The translations under genes and the position numbers were made by a program. Shown here one piece after another: positions 34,898 to 45,362 of a stretch of DNA of 64,000 nt; position 1 is the stretch's first letter; the number at the start of each line of letters is the position of its first letter. This stretch comes from Spirochaetia bacterium. Lineage in GTDB: Bacteria > Spirochaetota > Spirochaetia > CAKZLE01. The notes beneath the pieces were generated by a model. That model was not told where the DNA came from. It searched no databases and was given only the letters and a program-made list of their open reading frames with translations. The stretch spans positions 1,440,001 to 1,504,000 of the forward strand of contig OY782041.1 of NCBI GenBank assembly GCA_963677595.1. Reading direction: 5' to 3'.

Positions 34898-37411
34898 ATG
34901 AGCAAATACCCATTCAACGAGATAGAACCAAAATGGCAGGAGTTTTGGGCGAAGAACAAGACCTTCAAGGTCACCGAAGATCCTGCATACCCCAAAGAGA
35001 AACGTATGTATGTCCTCGACATGTTCCCCTACCCCTCAGGGGCAGGCCTCCATGTAGGGCATCCTGAAGGCTACACAGCCACCGATATCTACTGCCGGTA
35101 CCTGCGGATGAACGGATACAATGTCCTCCACCCGATGGGCTTCGACTCCTTCGGTCTCCCCGCGGAGAACTACGCGATCAAGACCGGCACCCACCCGAAG
35201 GTGACCACCGAGAAGAACATCGACCATTTCACCTACCAGATCAAGAGCCTCGGCTTCTGCTACGACTGGGACCGGGAGATCTCCACCCATACGGAGGAGT
35301 ACTACCGGTGGACCCAGTGGATCTTCCTCCAGCTCTTCAAGAAAGGCCTGGCTTACGAGTCGGAGACCCCGATCAACTGGTGCCCGGACTGCAAGACCGG
35401 CCTCGCCAACGAGGAGGTCAAGGACGGGAAGTGTGAGCGGTGCAGCGCCCAGGTGACGAGGAAGAACCTCAGGCAGTGGATCCTCAAGATCACCGATTAC
35501 GCCGAGGAGCTGCTCGAGGATCTCGAGGACCTCAACTGGACTGATGCCATCAAGGCCATGCAGCGGAACTGGATCGGCAAGAGTACCGGTGCCGACGTGA
35601 CCTTCTCGGTCGACGGCTACGACGATACCATCGAGGTCTATACCACACGTCCTGACACCCTCTTCGGTGCGACCTACATGGTCCTTGCCCCGGAGCACCC
35701 GCTTGTCCACAAGATATCCACAGAGGAGCATCACGCTTCAGTAGATGCCTACCTCGATGCGGCAGCGAAGAAGTCGGACCTGGAGAGGACCGACCTCGCG
35801 AAGGAGAAGACCGGTGTCTTCACCGGCGCCTATGCGATCAACCCCGTCAACGGGGAGCGGATCCCGATCTGGGTAGCCGACTATGTCCTGATCTCCTACG
35901 GGTCAGGGGCGATCATGGCAGTACCTGCCCATGACACCCGTGACTGGGAGTTCGCCAAGGAGTTCGACCTCCCGATCATCGAGGTCCTCAAGGGCGGGGA
36001 CGTCCAGAAAGAGGCCTACACCGAGGACGGCATCCATGTGAACTCGGGATTCCTCGACGGCATGGACAAGCCGACAGCCATCAATGCCATGATCACGTGG
36101 CTCGAGGAGCGTAAGCTCGGGAAACAGGCAGTCAATTACAAGCTCCGTGACTGGATCTTCAGCCGACAGCGGTACTGGGGAGAACCTATCCCCCTGGTCC
36201 ACTGCGACGAGTGCGGTATCGTCCCGGTACCGGAAGAAGACCTCCCACTCCGTCTCCCTGAGGTGACCTCCTATGCACCATCAGGGACAGGGGAAAGCCC
36301 GCTCGCGAACATCGACGAGTGGGTCAACACGACCTGCCCGGTCTGCGGCAAGCCCGCGAAACGAGAGACCAACACCATGCCCCAGTGGGCAGGTTCCTGC
36401 TGGTACTACCTGCGGTATATAGACCCGCACAACACCGAGACCCTCGCTTCCGACGAGAAGCTCGACTACTGGATGCCGGTGGACCTCTACGTGGGCGGTG
36501 CGGAGCACGCGGTGCTCCACCTCCTCTACGCCAGGTTCTGGCACAAGGTCCTCTTTGATATCGGAGTGGTAAAGGACAAGGAGCCGTTCCAGCGACTGGT
36601 GAACCAGGGAATGATCACCTCCTTTGCCTTCCAGCGGAAAGACAAGACCCTCGTCCCGACCGATGAGGTCGAGGAGACCGCTGCCGACACCTATATCGAG
36701 AAGGCTACCGGAGAAGAGCTGGAACGGGTCATCGCCAAGATGTCCAAGAGCTTGAAGAACGTCATCAACCCTGATGACATCATCAGGGACTTCGGGGCCG
36801 ACTCCATGCGTATGTACGAGATGTTCATGGGCCCCCTACAGGTATCGAAGCCGTGGTCTACCAGCGGGCTTGCCGGTGTCCACCGCTTCCTCGACAGGGT
36901 CTATAGACTCACTGAGAAGGAATTCACCGATGAGCAGCCGCCGATCGAACTTGAGAAGCAGCTTCACAAGACCATCAAGAAGGTCACCCATGATACAGCC
37001 GGCCTTGAGTTCAACACCGCGATCGCCCAGATGATGATCTTCGTCAACGACCTCTTCAAGAGCGAGAAGCTCTACCGTTCCCTCTGGGAACCGTTCCTCC
37101 TGCTGCTCGCACCCTATGCGCCGCACCTGACCGAGGAGCTCTGGGAGATAAGCGGAAAGGCACCTACCATCGCGAACGAGTCCTGGCCGACCTATGATGA
37201 GGCGCTCACCATCGATGATGAGATCACGATCATCTTCCAGGTCAACGGCAAGCTCAGGGCTAAGGTCGAGGTACAGAGAGGCCTCGACAAGGCAGCACTC
37301 GAGGAGCTCGCCCTGGGCCATGAACGAATCCAGGAGTGGATCAGCGGCAAGTCGATCAAGCGCGTGATTGCTGTCCCTGACAAACTGGTGAACATCGTCG
37401 TGGGAAAATAA
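34898..37411 (+). CDS. leuS: Leucine--tRNA ligase
   Basis: [14 protein letters not shown] (HIGH), editing-domain TTRPDT and [15 protein letters not shown]. Confidence 0.98.
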   Translation: MSKYPFNEIEPKWQEFWAKNKTFKVTEDPAYPKEKRMYVLDMFPYPSGAGLHVGHPEGYTATDIYCRYLRMNGYNVLHPMGFDSFGLPAENYAIKTGTHPKVTTEKNIDHFTYQIKSLGFCYDWDREISTHTEEYYRWTQWIFLQLFKKGLAYESETPINWCPDCKTGLANEEVKDGKCERCSAQVTRKNLRQWILKITDYAEELLEDLEDLNWTDAIKAMQRNWIGKSTGADVTFSVDGYDDTIEVYTTRPDTLFGATYMVLAPEHPLVHKISTEEHHASVDAYLDAAAKKSDLERTDLAKEKTGVFTGAYAINPVNGERIPIWVADYVLISYGSGAIMAVPAHDTRDWEFAKEFDLPIIEVLKGGDVQKEAYTEDGIHVNSGFLDGMDKPTAINAMITWLEERKLGKQAVNYKLRDWIFSRQRYWGEPIPLVHCDECGIVPVPEEDLPLRLPEVTSYAPSGTGESPLANIDEWVNTTCPVCGKPAKRETNTMPQWAGSCWYYLRYIDPHNTETLASDEKLDYWMPVDLYVGGAEHAVLHLLYARFWHKVLFDIGVVKDKEPFQRLVNQGMITSFAFQRKDKTLVPTDEVEETAADTYIEKATGEELERVIAKMSKSLKNVINPDDIIRDFGADSMRMYEMFMGPLQVSKPWSTSGLAGVHRFLDRVYRLTEKEFTDEQPPIELEKQLHKTIKKVTHDTAGLEFNTAIAQMMIFVNDLFKSEKLYRSLWEPFLLLLAPYAPHLTEELWEISGKAPTIANESWPTYDEALTIDDEITIIFQVNGKLRAKVEVQRGLDKAALEELALGHERIQEWISGKSIKRVIAVPDKLVNIVVGK

Positions 37412-37433
37412 CCAAAAGGTAAAGAACTTATCA

Positions 37434-37475
37434 GGGGCTGTTGCATAAGTCTGAAAGGACTTAGGTGACAGCCTT
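37434..37475 (+). terminator. Hairpin downstream of leuS
   Basis: GGCTGTTGCATAAGTC / GACTTAGGTGACAGCC imperfect stem followed by a T-rich tract. Confidence 0.55.
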
Positions 37476-37577
37476 GTTTGTTTTATCCTCCCTGCAGTCC
37501 CCAAGCTATTTCTTGTCCCCGTCGACGTATTCAGATACAATCGAACCATCCAGGACCTGGATGGGGGGAGATGAACC

Positions 37578-38636
37578 GTGAGAAGAAAGAGATCCAAACA
37601 GACAGCGGTGGCAATGGTCCTGATCCTGCTTTCCTTAACCGGCTGCACGACCCTGATCAATGCCCTCGTGGTCGGCTATGAGGACCCGCTTCATGGGAAG
37701 GTTGCTGCAGCAGGCATCCTTGAGAAGCAGGCACGGGTCGGGGAAGTGAGGTTCAACTACGCAGAGAGCCCCGACAACGGTCCACCCCTACTGCTGCTCA
37801 ATGCCCAGCATATGGACTGGTTCAGCTATGGCAAGGTCCTGGTAGAACTCTCCAAATCATTTCATGTGTTCGCCGTTGATTACCCGGGACATGGGAAGAC
37901 TTCCTACCCGGAAGATTACCCCATGAACGCCGGCCGGATCGGCAGCGACCTGGCCAGGTTCGTCGAGGAGGTCATCAGGGAACCCGCTTTCGTGACGGGG
38001 AACTCGTCAGGAGGACTCCTGACCACCTGGCTGGCTGCATACAGACCCCAACTGGTTAAGGCAATTGTCCTTGAAGACCCTCCCCTCTTCTCTTCGGAAT
38101 ACCCCCGTATCAAGGAGACCATCTCCTACCGCTCCTTCACCCATTGCGCCAACTTCCTGGAAGAGGGAGGAGACGACTTCCTCATCTACTGGCTTGAGAG
38201 CAGTGCACAGTTCATCAGCAATTTTGCAGGACCTGGTGTACTGCCGAAGCTTATCGGGGCTATAGAGGCATACCGGGAAGCCAATCCAGGGAAGGCTGTC
38301 GAGATCCGCTTCCTCCCTGAGACCGTGAGGATGCTGGTCAGGGGCATGGACAACTATGACCCACGCTTCGGGGCAGCCTTCCATGACGGGAGCTGGAATG
38401 CGGACTTCGACCATGCAGAAGCCATTGCCCGGATCAGCTGCCCCGTCCTGCTCATCCATGCGAACTTCGAGGTCATGGAGAACGGTATCCTCAACGGTGC
38501 CATGGACCAGGAAGAGGCAGAGGAGGTCTTGGCCCTGCTGCAGGATGGGACCTATGTCCGGGTAGACTCAGAGCATGTGGTCCATGAGGACAGGCCGAAG
38601 GAGTTCATCAGGCTCGTTGAGGGGTTCTTGCTGTAG
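37578..38636 (+). CDS. Alpha/beta hydrolase, probable lipoprotein
   Basis: Lipobox LTGC; motifs VDYPGHG, nucleophile GNSSGG, LEDPP and a C-terminal His. Confidence 0.88.
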   Translation: MRRKRSKQTAVAMVLILLSLTGCTTLINALVVGYEDPLHGKVAAAGILEKQARVGEVRFNYAESPDNGPPLLLLNAQHMDWFSYGKVLVELSKSFHVFAVDYPGHGKTSYPEDYPMNAGRIGSDLARFVEEVIREPAFVTGNSSGGLLTTWLAAYRPQLVKAIVLEDPPLFSSEYPRIKETISYRSFTHCANFLEEGGDDFLIYWLESSAQFISNFAGPGVLPKLIGAIEAYREANPGKAVEIRFLPETVRMLVRGMDNYDPRFGAAFHDGSWNADFDHAEAIARISCPVLLIHANFEVMENGILNGAMDQEEAEEVLALLQDGTYVRVDSEHVVHEDRPKEFIRLVEGFLL

Positions 38637-38723
38637 GGGCAGCTGTATTACCTAACAATTGATCATTATCTTCATAGAAGTTAGGTATTACATGCTTACC
38701 TATCTTATTACCGTCATGCCCTT

Positions 38724-39464
38724 TCAGAACCCAAGCTCTTCTCCAATGATCACTACATGGAAGTCTGCTTCTTCAGGTTTTCGGTGTATGATGCTGGTAA
38801 TATTACAGTTACGGGATGAGGACCTGCAGTCCTGGCAGATCCCACTCTTGTTGCAGGCCAGGTCATTCCCATACTTGATGTTGTTCATTTCAGCCGCTAC
38901 CTGGCGGATCCGCTCCAGACCGGCATTCAGATCCTTCACTATCTTGTTCGCCCCGGCTACCACGATGATCCGGTCCGGGCCGTAGAGACTGCCTGCGATC
39001 CTGTTCCCCGCACCATCGATGTTGATGATCTGTCCATCGAGTGTTATGGCATTGGCCCCAAGCATGAACACATCAGCAACGAGGTAATTCATGAGGATCT
39101 CTTTCGTCTGCTGCCGGTCTCCGAGGATCTTGTATCCAGGAGCATTGTGTGAGAATGCATTCCCGTTCACCGCACAGGTATGGGGTATGATCGTACACCC
39201 CTTCCCTCCCAAGGGTTGGTCAAGCTTCAGGGAAAACAGCGTATGGGAATCCCCGCAGCCGATCACTGAAGCATCAGGGACGAGGCTGAGCACAAGCTCT
39301 CTCGCTTCCTCGACTGAAGCACGGTAATAAGCGGTAAAATCATTCTTATTGAGGTTCTTTACCGTTATCTCTGCCTGCTGAGCATAATATGTTTTCCTGA
39401 TTGCATCGCTGTCAAATTCGGCTTCAGACAACGGGGGGAACTGTATACTCTTCAGATCGATCAA
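38724..39464 (-). CDS. LUD-domain (YkgG/LutC 'lactate utilization') protein with a Cys-rich tail
   Basis: Motifs GANAITLDG.IINIDGAGNR, VAGANKIV, C..SGICQDC…CN and terminal LGF; TTG start after GGAGG. Confidence 0.8.
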   Translation of the reverse strand: MIDLKSIQFPPLSEAEFDSDAIRKTYYAQQAEITVKNLNKNDFTAYYRASVEEARELVLSLVPDASVIGCGDSHTLFSLKLDQPLGGKGCTIIPHTCAVNGNAFSHNAPGYKILGDRQQTKEILMNYLVADVFMLGANAITLDGQIINIDGAGNRIAGSLYGPDRIIVVAGANKIVKDLNAGLERIRQVAAEMNNIKYGNDLACNKSGICQDCRSSSRNCNITSIIHRKPEEADFHVVIIGEELGF

Positions 39465-39584
39465 ACCGCACACCTCCTGCTGCCGCGTAGAATGACTGCT
39501 GACAGCATAGTCAGTGTACCATACCCAGTCTGATCAGAACAGGTTCCCTGTTATCACCCGTTACCATCCAGACCAGACCCTATC

Positions 39585-39673
39585 TTGAAATAACGAGCAT
39601 GATCTATGCTTCTTATTTCAATTTAGATTTACATATTGAAATAAGCATGCTACTGTTAGCTAGGGTATTTCAA
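39585..39673. repeat. Two tandem TTGAAATA…TATTTCAA dyads upstream of fic
   Basis: TTGAAATAA at 39585 and 39636; TATTTCAA at 39614 and 39666. Confidence 0.6.
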
Positions 39674-39697
39674 TGTAGGGTCGAGGAGATGTGAGGA

Positions 39698-40840
39698 ATG
39701 GAGAATCGGGCAGGGGTATTCAAGACGCAGCTGTACGGGAACATGGCGTACCAGTCCTACCTGCCTTCTCACCTACCCCCGAGTCCTCCTGTCCTGATCG
39801 ACGACGAGATGACTCAGCTGCTCGTTCAGGCCCATACATGGATCACTCGACTGGAAAGCATCTCATCACTGATCCCCCATATGGCTTTGTTCGTAGCCAT
39901 GTATGTCCGAAAAGAAGCTCTGATGTCATCCCAGATCGAAGGTACCCAGTGTACATTGGATGATGTACTCGACCCAACTTCTGAGTTACATGCAAACCGG
40001 GATGTTGCGGATGTCATCAACTATATCAAGGCCACCGACTACGCGATTGGTCGCTTGGAAGAGCTGCCGCTATGCACCAGGTTGATCAGGGAAACCCATG
40101 AAGTCTTGATGGAAGGGGTGCGGGGACAAGAGAAAAGCCCCGGCGAGTTTCGTATCTCACAGAATTGGATCGGCGGGGATGGCGTTTCCCTGAAGCATGC
40201 CCGGTTCATTCCGCCTCATCCTGCTGATTTGGCTGCGGTACTGACTACCCTGGAGCAGTACGTGAACGGGTCCGACACCCTTGATGTGTTGATCCGTGCA
40301 GCGTTGATCCATTACCAATTCGAGACGATCCATCCATTTCTTGATGGAAATGGGAGAATAGGGCGGTTGTTGATCACACTATTCCTCCTGGAGCAGAAAG
40401 TCATGACTACTCCTGCCCTATACATCTCCTACTTCCTGAAGAAGAACAGGACAGAGTATTACGATCGGTTGACGCTGGTTCGCGACAAAGGGGATTATGA
40501 GCAGTGGATCAAGTTCTTCCTGCATGCTGTCACTGAATCGGCAAAGGATGCACATGAGAATACGGTTCTCTTAACCAGACTTCACGATATCCATGTTTCG
40601 CGCATCAATACCTTGGGGCGTGCACGGCTCACGGCACTTCAGCTGTTCTCCTACCTGGAGCGTAACCCCATCATGGAGATAGGGAGAACAGCTGAAGCCC
40701 TGCAGCTCTCGTTCAATACCGTCGCAAGCTCGGTCAAGCGGCTGGTCGACATCGGTATCCTGGTACAGTCAGGAGGGAACCGGCGAGGGAGGACCTTCAG
40801 TTATACCGAATACCTCGATATCCTGCGGGAAGGGACATGA
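39698..40840 (+). CDS. Fic-family protein (class II, auto-inhibited) with C-terminal HTH
   Basis: Catalytic HPFLDGNGRIGR; N-terminal inhibitory SSQIEG. Confidence 0.93.
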   Translation: MENRAGVFKTQLYGNMAYQSYLPSHLPPSPPVLIDDEMTQLLVQAHTWITRLESISSLIPHMALFVAMYVRKEALMSSQIEGTQCTLDDVLDPTSELHANRDVADVINYIKATDYAIGRLEELPLCTRLIRETHEVLMEGVRGQEKSPGEFRISQNWIGGDGVSLKHARFIPPHPADLAAVLTTLEQYVNGSDTLDVLIRAALIHYQFETIHPFLDGNGRIGRLLITLFLLEQKVMTTPALYISYFLKKNRTEYYDRLTLVRDKGDYEQWIKFFLHAVTESAKDAHENTVLLTRLHDIHVSRINTLGRARLTALQLFSYLERNPIMEIGRTAEALQLSFNTVASSVKRLVDIGILVQSGGNRRGRTFSYTEYLDILREGT

Positions 40841-42018
40841 TTCCCTTGCAGGACGCTAGCCATCTCCCCGGTAAGTACCTCAATCAGATTCTCCTCCTTG
40901 ACCCCTATACCGAGTTTGCTCCTGACCACCCAATCAAGCCCGAACTCCTCGATCAGGGCGGTGAACTGCGCATCATCCGGGAACATCCCGGATGGTCCTT
41001 CTGACCTGAACCTCAAGGCGGCCCTGAACGCTTCGACGATATGTTCACATGGCAAGTCATGCTCCAGGCAGAGGGCTATAGCCCCCACGACCCTGTCACT
41101 CCTGTTGAGCTTCCTCCTGAGGTCCTTCCCTACCCGGAAGACGGTGTCCCCGAGATTCCTGTTGAGGAACCTGGCGAGTAGATCGTCAATATGAGCAGCA
41201 AGCTCCTCTTGGGTGAACACTCCGGGGTACTCAGCCTGGAGGGCTGCGGCCGCCTCCCCCATCGTGTTCCGCACCGCGGAGAAGGTCGCTGTGTCATCCA
41301 GGACTTCAGCGATAAACTCACAGTCTGGATCCCTCGCGTACCCGAGGTAGGCCGCTGCTGCATGCCCAAGGTTATGGATGAAGAGCTTCCTGTCGACCCA
41401 GGCTTCTATGTTGTCCACTGCCTTGATCTCCGGAATGTCCGGGATCCCATTCCTGAACCCCTTCCCGTCAACGATCAGCGTATTGTACGGCTCTGCATGG
41501 AGGACCAGCGGATCGTCTTTCAGATCCTCCTGATTCATGATCGGAACCATCTTGCCGATGCTTGTCTCGATGAGTCCAGCTTCGTTCCCTGACAGCCCGT
41601 TCTCTTTGAGGATCTCCTGGAAATAGGCTTTCCCTTCCCGTATGTTCTCCGCGATGATGATATCGAGCGGGGGGAGATTGCGTGTCTTACGTGCTTTCAC
41701 GGCTTCTGCCAGCACGGGGATGACGTGCGGCAGGGCCCCTTTCCCCACCGAGGTCGCACAGAGGCTGCAGGTGCTGAGGCTCTGCAGGACGGATGCCGTA
41801 TCATCAGAATACAGCGCTGAGAACCCGCTCACCCGGATGGCCTCATCAGGGGTCCCATTCTGCTTGACTTTGATGGTATATGCCCCTGCTTCATTGAGGA
41901 GATCGACCAGACGCCTGTTCGCATCTACGAATGTCACCTGCCAGCCGTTGCGGGCGAACACGGCCCCAATGAACGACCTCCCGATGTTACCGGCACCGAA
42001 AATAACGATCTCATGCAT
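40801..42018 (-). CDS. Mannitol-1-phosphate 5-dehydrogenase-family protein
   Basis: Motifs FGAGNIGRSFIG, IAEN, RKLFIHNLGHA and RF.N..LGD…RVG…RKL. Confidence 0.88.
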   Translation of the reverse strand: MHEIVIFGAGNIGRSFIGAVFARNGWQVTFVDANRRLVDLLNEAGAYTIKVKQNGTPDEAIRVSGFSALYSDDTASVLQSLSTCSLCATSVGKGALPHVIPVLAEAVKARKTRNLPPLDIIIAENIREGKAYFQEILKENGLSGNEAGLIETSIGKMVPIMNQEDLKDDPLVLHAEPYNTLIVDGKGFRNGIPDIPEIKAVDNIEAWVDRKLFIHNLGHAAAAYLGYARDPDCEFIAEVLDDTATFSAVRNTMGEAAAALQAEYPGVFTQEELAAHIDDLLARFLNRNLGDTVFRVGKDLRRKLNRSDRVVGAIALCLEHDLPCEHIVEAFRAALRFRSEGPSGMFPDDAQFTALIEEFGLDWVVRSKLGIGVKEENLIEVLTGEMASVLQGNHVPSRRISRYSV

Positions 42019-43186
42019 AACTCACCCCGGTTTGCTCCGTATAGGCATCGATCAGGGGAAGGATCTTCTCACGTTTCTCACCTCTTGCCTCTTCGTAATA
42101 GACACCGCCTAGGCAGCAGCCGGCGAATCCGCCGGAGACGATCCCCAGGATCGCGGCCTTCGTGAGTGACGGAGCCGCCTCCGGCTCCTCCATCAGCTGC
42201 AAGGCTGCTGAGGTATAGACCCCGCCGGTGAAGTTGTCACCGCAGCCGGTCGTATCAGCCTCCCCGGCTTCCTTAGCCCGCATCCACCGGGTTGCCTCGT
42301 CAGAGACCGGCATGGTGAAGATACCCTGCTCCCGGAAGAGTGACCCATCGGAGAAGCAGGTAATATCCTTTGCCCCATCGGTGATGATGCCGCTCTTCAC
42401 CCCGGCTTCCAGGAAGAACCCTGCAGCTGAAGAAGGCTCATCCATCCCGGTGATCCTCCTCGCCTCCTCATGGTCGACGATGATCAGGTCGATTAACGAG
42501 TAGTCCTCCACCAGCGGCCAGAGGGCATGTGAGTCCCGCTTCTCATTCCTGAAGTCGTAGACCGTGTTGATGAAGTTCAGGCAGCCGTTCTCCTTCCCTT
42601 TTCTCATGAACAAGCTCAAGTCATCATGGATGCCCGGGGTCAGGGCAGTGCCTCCGTAGATGAGGATGTCTGCATCGAAGAAGGAGTCAGGAAGGTCCTC
42701 CTTCGTGTACTCACCTGCAGCCCCGATGTAGTTGATGAAGGTCCGCTCCCCATGGCCGTCATGCATGGAGGGATCCGACAGAACATCGGTGAAGGGGGTT
42801 CCCCCCTCCCTGATCAGGTAATTACTCACATCCAGGTCGAACCGGGAGAGGTTCTCCTGCAGGTACCTGCCGGGTCCATCATCGGACCGGGCACCATAGT
42901 AGGCTATCTCAAGATCATCTGCCAGCTGTGACATATGGATCAGGGCGACGATTGCCGGCCCCCCGATGTTCCGCTTTGGGGACAAGCCCCCGGCCAGCTT
43001 CCCGATGATCTCCGTATAGGGTATCCCGAACGCCTCTTCCAGGTCTTCCCCGAAGACAAGCCCCCCGGTGATGAGACCCGCCTTGCTAGTTCGGCCTGCC
43101 TCCCATGATGTATATGCTCCAGAACTGAAATCGACCGGTGTATAGAGATTATCCACCAGGGAACAGCCCAGTCCGTGTATCCTCAT
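42011..43186 (-). CDS. PfkB-family carbohydrate kinase
   Basis: Motifs NIGGPA, ERTF and DTTGCGDNF; start MRIH after AAGGAG. Confidence 0.88.
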   Translation of the reverse strand: MRIHGLGCSLVDNLYTPVDFSSGAYTSWEAGRTSKAGLITGGLVFGEDLEEAFGIPYTEIIGKLAGGLSPKRNIGGPAIVALIHMSQLADDLEIAYYGARSDDGPGRYLQENLSRFDLDVSNYLIREGGTPFTDVLSDPSMHDGHGERTFINYIGAAGEYTKEDLPDSFFDADILIYGGTALTPGIHDDLSLFMRKGKENGCLNFINTVYDFRNEKRDSHALWPLVEDYSLIDLIIVDHEEARRITGMDEPSSAAGFFLEAGVKSGIITDGAKDITCFSDGSLFREQGIFTMPVSDEATRWMRAKEAGEADTTGCGDNFTGGVYTSAALQLMEEPEAAPSLTKAAILGIVSGGFAGCCLGGVYYEEARGEKREKILPLIDAYTEQTGVSYA

Positions 43187-43260
43187 GACTACTCCTTCTT
43201 TGTATGTTTCACTGCACACAGTCTCCCCGGCCAGTCAGCCGGGAAGGCTGTACTAAGTGA

Positions 43261-44292
43261 CTATCCCTGCAGGAGGAGCTCCAGCACGTACATCTCCAGT
43301 GCTTCGTAGTTACGCTCAGCGACCAGTCTCTTCTGGAGTTCGTAGTCGAACTTGTCCACTTTCCTCTCCAGCATCCTGAAGGTCTTCAGGCTGTTCTCGA
43401 TATGACGATAGGAGTCCTCGATCTTCTGGGTCCTCATGACCTTCACGTCCAGGCCGACATACTCGCCCTTCGAACCGTAGCCGTACTCCTTGAGTACCTT
43501 GACCTGGTTGAAGGCCTGTCGGATGTTCTCTGCCCCGAACGACTTGTCCTGGTCATACTTCATGCCGTTCTGGTCATTGAGGTGAACCCCGAAGAGTTTT
43601 CCCATCGCGAGACCGAAGGCGATCTCATTGGCAGGGTCAAGCCCTGCCAGGATCGCATGGGCAGACTCCAGCAGTCCCCCTACCCGTGCAGGAGCCTTGC
43701 TCGCTGCAGACACTGCCATGACATGTCCCATGGTCGGGCAGAAGCTCCGGTCGATCGGCTCATTCGGCTTCGGCTCGATGACCACCCGGATGGCCGGGTC
43801 ATAGTCAAGCATCGCATCGATCGACTCGATCAGTCTCTTCGTCCCAAGGACCGGATCCTTGCTCTCTGCACAGAGCGTACCTTCACGAGCCAGCCAGAGC
43901 ACGATCATGTCGGTTCCCAGCTCTTTCGCGATATCGATCGAACGGAACGCCCTCCACATGGCGAACTCCCTGTCTTCCTTGCTGTTGGAGGTGAACCCGC
44001 CGTCAGTAGTATGGGGATCCATCCACAGCCGCGGGGCGACGAACTCAGCTGCCAGCCCCTCGGTATCGAGGAGGCCCTTCACATCACGGGCATAGGCCTT
44101 GATCTGCTCCTCGGTCATGTCGTTCATCTCAGGCACTGCATCATCGTCATGGAACTGTACTGCAGAGATCCCGATCTCCTTGAATTTCTTGATCTTCTTG
44201 TCAAACGCTATACTCTCTCGCACTTCTGGACCGAAGGCGTCTGCACCTTCATGCACATTCCAGGGCCCTACGGAAAACTTGAATTCTGCCAT
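43261..44292 (-). CDS. Xylose-isomerase-family (class I-like) sugar isomerase
   Basis: Motifs FHDDD, W.AREG, EPKPNEP, H..LAG and HLNDQ…YDQD. Confidence 0.88.
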   Translation of the reverse strand: MAEFKFSVGPWNVHEGADAFGPEVRESIAFDKKIKKFKEIGISAVQFHDDDAVPEMNDMTEEQIKAYARDVKGLLDTEGLAAEFVAPRLWMDPHTTDGGFTSNSKEDREFAMWRAFRSIDIAKELGTDMIVLWLAREGTLCAESKDPVLGTKRLIESIDAMLDYDPAIRVVIEPKPNEPIDRSFCPTMGHVMAVSAASKAPARVGGLLESAHAILAGLDPANEIAFGLAMGKLFGVHLNDQNGMKYDQDKSFGAENIRQAFNQVKVLKEYGYGSKGEYVGLDVKVMRTQKIEDSYRHIENSLKTFRMLERKVDKFDYELQKRLVAERNYEALEMYVLELLLQG

Positions 44293-44405
44293 ATATGTAT
44301 CCTCCAGGATTATTTTTCTTCATGATATGCCCGGGCAGTGGATAGCGCTATGTCTTAGTTGCTCCTAATAGTGGACAATCTTGCGATTTGCGATAGAATA
44401 GAGAG

Positions 44406-45341
44406 ATGAGCCATAAACAATTCGATTTCTCCCAGATCTCCTATGAGTATGTGCATCACGAATCGTCCCTGCCCTTCAAGGTATTCTTCATCTCCATCGG
44501 GTTCAGGGGGTTCCACTGGCACAAGGACATCGAACTCATCCTCGTGCTCAAGGGGAAAGTAGACTTCATCACGAAGGACGGGGTACGTCACCTCCGTGAG
44601 GGGGATCTCCTCCTGACGAACCCGAACGATTTCCATGGCCTCGTGCAGGGGAAGGAGGGGAACCTGCTGCTGGTGCTGCAGGTCGATCCCGACCTCTCAG
44701 ACGGCTACCACAAGAACCTCAGGAACACCCAGTTCAGGCTCTCCCCCGACCAGGACAGGACCAGCAGGCAGTATACAGCCATCTGCAAGGCCCTTGTCAG
44801 GATCATGATCGAGGTGCTTGAGAAACGGGAGGGATTCGACTTCTTCTGCATGGGAGAGGTCTACTCTATTATCGGGCTAATATCACGGTATTACCCCGAC
44901 CCGGAGGCCGGGACAGACAAGGACCGGGAAAGCTGGAACCGGGCATCCCGGCTGAAGAAGATGCTGAACTACATCAATGAGCACCACCAGGAGAAGATAA
45001 CCCTCGATGATCTTGCCGGTACGCTGGGGCTGAGTCCATACTATGTCTCGCACCTCATGAAACAGTACACCGGCTACTCCTTCCAGGAGAACCTGGGACT
45101 GATCAGGACCCAGCATGCGATCAAGCTCATGATGAACTCGGACAACCGATTGATAGACATCGCGATGGAGGTAGGGTTCTCGGACATCAAGTACTTCAAC
45201 AAGTACTTCAGGAACATCTTCTCGATGACACCAAGAGAACTGAGGAGACTCGACAACTGGCAGAGACTTATAGCAGAGGACCATAATATGGCGGAGGAGA
45301 GTACAGAGAGGCTGCTGGAGATCATCCGGGAATATCTGTGA
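44406..45341 (+). CDS. AraC-family transcriptional regulator
   Basis: Cupin motif HWHKDIE and HTH …GFSDIKYF…F..TP; divergent from the isomerase operon. Confidence 0.92.
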   Translation: MSHKQFDFSQISYEYVHHESSLPFKVFFISIGFRGFHWHKDIELILVLKGKVDFITKDGVRHLREGDLLLTNPNDFHGLVQGKEGNLLLVLQVDPDLSDGYHKNLRNTQFRLSPDQDRTSRQYTAICKALVRIMIEVLEKREGFDFFCMGEVYSIIGLISRYYPDPEAGTDKDRESWNRASRLKKMLNYINEHHQEKITLDDLAGTLGLSPYYVSHLMKQYTGYSFQENLGLIRTQHAIKLMMNSDNRLIDIAMEVGFSDIKYFNKYFRNIFSMTPRELRRLDNWQRLIAEDHNMAEESTERLLEIIREYL

Positions 45342-45362
45342 TTGCGCTATCCCGGGTACTAC

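Noticed and set aside
37434-37475. IS end or MITE after leuS
   Set aside because: It resembles IS1182-type terminal hairpins, but there is a single copy with no transposase or target duplication; a terminator is the simpler reading
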